A stretch of 64,000 nucleotides of DNA, taken from positions 23,083-87,082 of the forward strand of contig JAGAZZ010000048.1 in NCBI GenBank assembly GCA_017939155.1, given 5' to 3'. Both the position numbers and the translations under genes were made by a program. The stretch is from Alphaproteobacteria bacterium. Lineage in GTDB: Bacteria > Pseudomonadota > Alphaproteobacteria > RF32 > CAG-239. Position 1 is the stretch's first letter. Every line of letters begins with the position of its first letter. The notes beneath the pieces were generated by a model. The model saw only the letters and a program-made list of their open reading frames with translations. It had not been told where the DNA came from and searched no databases. This document shows positions 59,366 to 64,000 of the stretch, piece by piece.

Positions 59366-60214
59366 ATGAGTTCAATCGGACGTATCGTCAGAAAAAATCA
59401 TTCTGCCGTTTTTTGGTGCACCAGACACTATCCTAAGGTCAAACGCGAAGCGGTATACACGCTCTATGCGTTTTTTAAGCATCTGGATGATTTAAGCTCA
59501 AGTACGCTTTCTAAAAAAGAAAAAGCAGACATCTTAGACGCTTGGCACCGTGAGATTGAAAACATCTATGAAACCAAAGTTCCCGCCACCGACATCGGTC
59601 GTAGGATATATAAAAACTGTATGCGCTTTAAACTGCAAAAACAATATTTTGAGCAGATTTTGCAAAGTTATGCGCTGGATTGTCCAACCCCGTTGGTCGC
59701 ACCATCGCTTGCAACGTTTGAAACCTATTGTCAGGGGGTGTCGGAAATTCCGTGTTATCTTATCTTAAAAATCATCGCCGAGTTTGATGATGAAACCACC
59801 AAGGCTCTAAGCGCCGTCATCGGTCGTGCAGTTGAAATCACCAATATCTTAAAAAATGTCAAAGAAGATGCTCTGCGCGGTCATGTTTATTTCCCAAAAG
59901 AGTTTTTAGAAAAATCAGCGATTGCCCCAACCCTAACCCCAAAAGAGATTTTAACCCATAAAAATCTCAATGCCGTTCGTGAGCAACTGGCAGACATCGC
60001 CCGCACATCATATACCGAGGCTTATCGTCTGCTTAAAGAAAACCATAATAAAAACTCCAAGCCGGTCGTTTATATGTTAAATCTTTATCAAGCTTATTTT
60101 GAGCTGATGGACACTCGCGGTTGGGAAATCATCTCCCCCAAGCCAGAGCTCAAATTCAAAGACCACTTAAAGCTCATCTTCCGCGCCCTGTTTAGAAGCG
60201 GTACCCCGGCATAA
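59366..60214 (+). CDS. Squalene/phytoene synthase family protein with degenerate Asp-rich motifs
   Basis: AVYTLYAFFKHLDDLSS and ITNILKNVKEDALRGHVYFP align to the YAFCR..DD..D and NILRDV.ED...GR.YLP family motifs. Confidence 0.7.
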   Translation: MSSIGRIVRKNHSAVFWCTRHYPKVKREAVYTLYAFFKHLDDLSSSTLSKKEKADILDAWHREIENIYETKVPATDIGRRIYKNCMRFKLQKQYFEQILQSYALDCPTPLVAPSLATFETYCQGVSEIPCYLILKIIAEFDDETTKALSAVIGRAVEITNILKNVKEDALRGHVYFPKEFLEKSAIAPTLTPKEILTHKNLNAVREQLADIARTSYTEAYRLLKENHNKNSKPVVYMLNLYQAYFELMDTRGWEIISPKPELKFKDHLKLIFRALFRSGTPA

Positions 60215-60221
60215 ATCATAC

Positions 60222-60253
60222 AAAAAAAGGAGCGCAAAAGCGCTCCAAAATTT
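60222..60253. terminator. Bidirectional terminator
   Basis: aaaaaaaggagcgc-aaaa-gcgctccaaaatttt, between convergent genes. Confidence 0.75.
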
Positions 60254-60269
60254 TAGCTCAAAAACACAT

Positions 60270-61511
60270 CTACCTCTCAAGCGCCTTTTTGCGTCTGATT
60301 TCTCTACCGACCTCCGGCGTAATCGTCCGCTTTTCTTTACCGGAAATCTTATCTCTGGCAATCTCGTCTGCCATCACCACACCGGAAACATTATACTTTT
60401 GACTGTGTTCATACAATTCGTCATAAAACTTGTCTTTTTCCTTACGAAAGCTTTCTTTACGTTTTTTTATCTCACTTTTTTGCGTATCATCAGCTAAAAG
60501 CTCTTTTAAATCAAAATTAAGCGCTTTAAAGTCTAAAACCATTCCTTTCTTCCCTCGTCTATAAAAAGCTTTGAAAGAGGCTCTTTCTTCACGCAAATCT
60601 TCTTTCTGTTCTTCCGTTTCAGCTTTTTCAATAGCTTTTTCAAACAAAAGCATTTGTTTTTGTTCCTCCTTATCTGCCTCAAATAAATTCTTCTGTATGG
60701 TATTTTGGGCTTTGATAAGAGCTATCGTTTTGCTTAAAAGCTCTTTTTGCTCTTTGCTTGTGGCATAATCAAGAGCTGTCTTGCCGCTAATACTTTGGGC
60801 ATTAATATCAGCACCTGCCGCAAGCAAAAGTCTGCTTTGTTCCATTGTCTTGGCAAACATAAGCGCTGTTTTTCCGTAGTCGGTCTTGCTATTAACATCA
60901 GCCCCGGCTTCAAGCAAAAGTTTGGTTTGCTCTGGCGTTTTAGCCACCATAAGAGCTGTCCTACCATCCTTATCTTTGGCATTAACATCAGCCCCGGCTT
61001 CAATTAAAAGTTTGGTTTGTTCTGGTGTCTTAGCTAACATAAGAGCTGTCCTACCATCCTTATCTTTGGCATTAACATCAACCCCGGCTTCAATTAAAAG
61101 TTTGGTTTGTTCTGGTGTCTTAGCTAACATAAGAGCTGTCCTACCATCCTTATCTTTGGCATTAACATCAGCTCCGGCTTCAATTAAAAGTTTGATTTGT
61201 TCTGCTGTCTTAGCTAACATAAGAGCCGTTCGACCACTATCATCTTTGACATTAACATCAATCCCGGCTTCAATTAAAAGTTTGATTTGTTCCGGCGTTT
61301 TGGCATTGGCAAGCGCAATCATTGCCACGTTATCTTCATAATTGTAAATATCAGCTCCGGCTTTCAAAGCCTTTTTTGTTTCTTCGACCGTTTGCGCATT
61401 CATTAAAGCGTTATTCGCTGCAGTTTGTTCATAAACCTTGCGTTTTTTTCTACTCTCCATTGTATCTGAAATAACATTGCGTATATTTTTTAATCCCGGA
61501 ATATTCATCAT
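60270..61511 (-). CDS. Ankyrin-repeat protein with coiled-coil C-terminal region
   Basis: About seven 33-aa ANK units (GRTALMLAKTPEQTKLLIEAGADVNAKDKD). AAAGGAG SD. Confidence 0.88.
   Translation of the reverse strand: MMNIPGLKNIRNVISDTMESRKKRKVYEQTAANNALMNAQTVEETKKALKAGADIYNYEDNVAMIALANAKTPEQIKLLIEAGIDVNVKDDSGRTALMLAKTAEQIKLLIEAGADVNAKDKDGRTALMLAKTPEQTKLLIEAGVDVNAKDKDGRTALMLAKTPEQTKLLIEAGADVNAKDKDGRTALMVAKTPEQTKLLLEAGADVNSKTDYGKTALMFAKTMEQSRLLLAAGADINAQSISGKTALDYATSKEQKELLSKTIALIKAQNTIQKNLFEADKEEQKQMLLFEKAIEKAETEEQKEDLREERASFKAFYRRGKKGMVLDFKALNFDLKELLADDTQKSEIKKRKESFRKEKDKFYDELYEHSQKYNVSGVVMADEIARDKISGKEKRTITPEVGREIRRKKALER
60690..61380. repeat. 99-bp coding tandem repeats (ankyrin units), near-identical core about 60880-61310
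   Basis: For example, 61021-61119 and 61120-61218 differ at only a few positions. Confidence 0.9.
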
Positions 61512-61663
61512 TTTTCTCCTTTATAACTGACCATCTGCTGATTTTAATTGTACGTTTTTTTGCAACAATTTGGAGAAATGATAAGTCGTTGTTTTAAACG
61601 AAATTAATATTTGTTGACAACTGATGAAAAAAAACGTACCTATTTTTTCATCACTCAAAAACA

Positions 61664-61691
61664 CAAAAAAAATCCCCGCTCAACACGGGGA
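61664..61691 (-). terminator. Rho-independent terminator
   Basis: Minus strand TCCCCG-TGTTGAG-CGGGGA followed by TTTTTTTT. Confidence 0.75.
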
Positions 61692-61709
61692 AGAAAGAAA
61701 AACTTTTGC

Positions 61710-62594
61710 TTACAAAACGCGCTTCTTCCGAAAACTGCCATCTGCCTTTTTCTGATAGCTGACCGGCTTAAAATCCGTCGTTTTGTTGTCTTTCTTGGCA
61801 AACTTGGCGCCGGCTTCTTTGCTCTTAAACCTGCGCTCCGGTTTGCGGGCGGCTTTTTCTTCGCTCATCGCTTTGCTTTTGGCAAAACGTGGTTTTTTAT
61901 CCTTAACCTCAATCACCTCAACGCCGTTTTCCATAAAGCTTCCTTTAGCCGCGCGCTTAAATTTAACCGCGCTTTTTTCCTTATTAAATTTCTTATCGGC
62001 TTTAACTTGTGTGGCAACACTCGGCGCTGTCTTTTGCTTTTTCTTTTCAACTGAAAAGCCGAATTTGCCGATTTTGCGCCCTAAAGTGTAATAAAAACCG
62101 TGCGCATAGGCGAGAAGTCCCGCTTTTTCCAAGTCAAGTGCGCCGTTCTCGTCAATATATGCTTCATCAACGTTAACCGCCACAACTTCGGCTAAAAACA
62201 TATCATGCGTGCCAAATTTCCTGACCTCTAAAACTTTGCACTCCAGCGACACCGGACACTCGGCAATTTGCGGCGCTTTAACCTGAGTTGAAGCTTCCGC
62301 GGTCAACCCGCACAATGCAAATTTGTCATAATCGCGTCCGGACTTCACGCCGACCGTATCTACTGCCTCGGCAATCTTCCACGTCGGAATGTTAATCACA
62401 AACTCTTTATTTTGACTGATAAGCTCATGCGTGTAGCGTGACGGTCTGATAGAAACGTATGTAATCACCGGCTCCGAGCAAATAATGCCGGTCCACGCGG
62501 CGGTCATCACATTTTTTGTATTCATATCCCCCGAGCTAATCAGCGCCGGTGGGAGAGGGGCAGTCAACGTCCCCGGTTTCCATGTCTGTTTCAT
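61710..62594 (-). CDS. Flavin reductase-like domain protein with about 115-aa lysine-rich C-terminal tail
   Basis: The N-terminal 180 aa match the flavin reductase-like fold (NVMTAAWTGIICSEPVITYVSIRPSRYTHELI). The tail is K/A/F-rich (KKKQKTAPSVATQVKADKKFNKEKSAVKFKRAAKG...). Preferred start ATG 62594. Confidence 0.75.
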   Translation of the reverse strand: MKQTWKPGTLTAPLPPALISSGDMNTKNVMTAAWTGIICSEPVITYVSIRPSRYTHELISQNKEFVINIPTWKIAEAVDTVGVKSGRDYDKFALCGLTAEASTQVKAPQIAECPVSLECKVLEVRKFGTHDMFLAEVVAVNVDEAYIDENGALDLEKAGLLAYAHGFYYTLGRKIGKFGFSVEKKKQKTAPSVATQVKADKKFNKEKSAVKFKRAAKGSFMENGVEVIEVKDKKPRFAKSKAMSEEKAARKPERRFKSKEAGAKFAKKDNKTTDFKPVSYQKKADGSFRKKRVL

Positions 62595-62663
62595 CAAAAA
62601 AATCCTTCTTAATAAATTCGCTCAACCATAACAGGAAGTTTTAAAAAAGTAAAGCGGGATTTA

Positions 62664-62690
62664 TAAAAAAAACGGAGCCAAAGCTCCATT
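62664..62690 (-). terminator. Rho-independent terminator after hydF
   Basis: Minus strand GGAGC-TTTG-GCTCC followed by GTTTTTTTT. Confidence 0.75.
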
Positions 62691-62692
62691 TT

Positions 62693-63904
62693 TCATTTTT
62701 GAAGAAGCGGAGCCGCCGTGCGCTCCAAAACACCTTGCGCCAAAGAAATCACCATCCCGTAGTTTGTCGCAGGAATGCCAGCCGCTTTGCACAAATCAAG
62801 CCGTCGTCTTATTTCTTTTTTATTTAAAACACACCCGCCGCAATGCACCACTAAAGCATAGCGGTTCAAGTCATCGGGAAAGTCCCCGCCCGAGCAAAAC
62901 TCAAAGTTTAGCTTTTTGCCGGTATATTTTTGCATTAATGCCGGAATTTTAACCCGCCCGATGTCATCGCAGGTCTGTCTGTGCGAACAGCCCTCAACAA
63001 TCAAAATCGTGTCATCGTCTTTTAAGTTTTTGCAATCAAGCGCGCCGCTCATCTGTTGCTCAAAGTTGCCTTTCTGCCGTGAAAACAACATCGAAAAAGT
63101 GGTGAGAGCGACCTCTTGCGGCACGAGCTCGGCAACTTTTTTAACCGCTTGTGAATCCGTAATCACCAGAGCCGGTTTCAAATGAAGATTTTTGAGCGTT
63201 TGCACTAAAGTGTTTTCTTTCGTAACATAAGCCATAGCCCCTAAATCAAGCGTTTCGCGCAAAACCTGAACCTGTGGCATAATCAACCGCCCTTTAGGCG
63301 CCGCCAAATCAATCGGCGTAACTAAAACCACCGTGTCGTTTTCTTTAACCAAATTTCTTAAAAGCGAATCATCTTCGTTTTTTGCCAAAATCATCTCCGC
63401 CATTTTTTGCTTAAGTTCTTCCACGCCGACACCTGTTTTGGCCGAAACAAAACAGCCCTGATAAAGTTGCGCCACCGCTTTGGTATATTTATCAGCCGCG
63501 ACCACATCGCAAAAGTTAAACACCGGAATAAACGCTTTCCCCTCAAGATTAAGCTTTCTTAATTCTTCTTCAATTGTTCCGTCAAGTCCGTCTTTGCCAA
63601 TGACATATAAAATCAAATCAGCTTTATTTAAGATTTTTTCACTTGCCTTAACCCGGTTTCTGCCCAAATCGTCTGCGGTGTCATCAAGCCCCGCCGTGTC
63701 ATAAAAAGAAACCGCTCCCGCCGGAATAAGCTCGTAGGTTTTGCATACCGCGTCCGTCGTCGTCCCCAAAACATCAGAAACGATAGAAACCTCTTGTCCG
63801 GTTATAGCATTTAAGAGCAAAGATTTTCCGGCATTGCGCTTTCCGGCGATGACGATAACCGGACGCATCCCCGCATGCGGTGTCAAGTTCATTTCGGTAG
63901 TCAT
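62693..63904 (-). CDS. hydF: [FeFe]-hydrogenase H-cluster maturation GTPase HydF
   Basis: GTPase motifs GKRNAGKS, DTAG and NFCD. The C-terminal cluster-binding signature is EGCSH ... HCGGC, with about 50-aa spacing. Confidence 0.85.
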   Translation of the reverse strand: MTTEMNLTPHAGMRPVIVIAGKRNAGKSLLLNAITGQEVSIVSDVLGTTTDAVCKTYELIPAGAVSFYDTAGLDDTADDLGRNRVKASEKILNKADLILYVIGKDGLDGTIEEELRKLNLEGKAFIPVFNFCDVVAADKYTKAVAQLYQGCFVSAKTGVGVEELKQKMAEMILAKNEDDSLLRNLVKENDTVVLVTPIDLAAPKGRLIMPQVQVLRETLDLGAMAYVTKENTLVQTLKNLHLKPALVITDSQAVKKVAELVPQEVALTTFSMLFSRQKGNFEQQMSGALDCKNLKDDDTILIVEGCSHRQTCDDIGRVKIPALMQKYTGKKLNFEFCSGGDFPDDLNRYALVVHCGGCVLNKKEIRRRLDLCKAAGIPATNYGMVISLAQGVLERTAAPLLQK

Positions 63905-63999
63905 TGTTGATTATTCCTTTCTTTAGCTTCGTTAATAGGTTCTTTAGGCAATAAAACAAAATCTTTTAGCGCGTTTTGCCAATTAATATGTCCTAAATC
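63901..63999 (-). CDS. 3' end of an upstream gene translationally coupled to hydF (partial)
   Basis: My translation of the open frame is DLGHINWQNALKDFVLLPKEPINEAKERNNQQ*. The stop TGA overlaps the hydF ATG (ATGA). Identity is not determinable from 32 aa. Confidence 0.4.
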   Translation of the reverse strand, partial: DLGHINWQNALKDFVLLPKEPINEAKERNNQQ

Positions 64000-64000
64000 T

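Noticed and set aside
60571-61341. Track ORFs 60571-60768, 60734-61003, 60747-61007 and 60886-61341, in other frames or antisense within the ankyrin gene.
   Set aside because: These are artefacts of the periodic 99-bp repeat, which keeps several frames open. The ANK frame has the SD, the recognisable motif and the full length.
61549-61642. Imperfect inverted repeat gtacgttttttt ... aaaaaaaacgtac between the ankyrin gene start and the neighbouring terminator.
   Set aside because: It has only a 12-bp AT-rich stem with a loop of about 65 nt. It is too weak to call a structured element or a MITE. It may overlap the ankyrin promoter.
61611-62091. Plus-strand ORFs (147 and 102 aa) antisense to the lysine-rich tail of the flavin reductase, plus a TTGACA at 61614.
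   Set aside because: Their products are F/L/A-rich mirror images of a K-rich frame. There is no SD. The TTGACA lacks a convincing -10. An antisense RNA cannot be excluded, but nothing supports it.

Overview
This is a 64-kb chromosomal window that looks alphaproteobacterial. The evidence is an atpHAGDC operon, a ChpT-type histidine phosphotransferase, TrmFO, ClpB, PriA and a CCA-adding enzyme. Housekeeping genes are relatively GC-rich and have clear Shine-Dalgarno (SD) sites. They are interrupted by several very AT-rich accessory segments. (1) 2.2-5.4 kb holds four orphan genes, each behind a near-consensus TTGACAAAA promoter. (2) 8.1-10.5 kb holds two low-complexity or coiled-coil orphans. 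(3) 11.8-26.6 kb is a roughly 15-kb minus-strand glycan-biosynthesis island with RmlA, RmlB, an FdtA/QdtA-type isomerase, a DegT aminotransferase, GT2, RgpF-like, CgeB-like and TagF-like enzymes. It also contains an ATP-grasp/amidohydrolase/aminotransferase cassette, an AbiJ-like HEPN gene, gene remnants and a catalytically dead resolvase-like gene. The island abuts a tRNA-Lys(CUU) whose 3' end is present in three direct copies. (4) Tandem WG-repeat-like orphans lie at 35.7-37.8 kb, with another copy at 52.6 kb. (5) Host-interaction-type repeat proteins are present: a 1092-aa MORN-variant protein and an ankyrin protein built from near-identical 99-bp repeats. A HydF [FeFe]-hydrogenase maturase lies at the right edge. 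My best candidate for an undescribed system is the fdtA-coupled ATP-grasp/amidohydrolase/aminotransferase cassette at 19.6-23.2 kb. It sits where characterised dTDP-3-amino-3,6-dideoxyhexose pathways have an N-acetyltransferase. All functional calls rest on motif recognition by eye. No database search was run.
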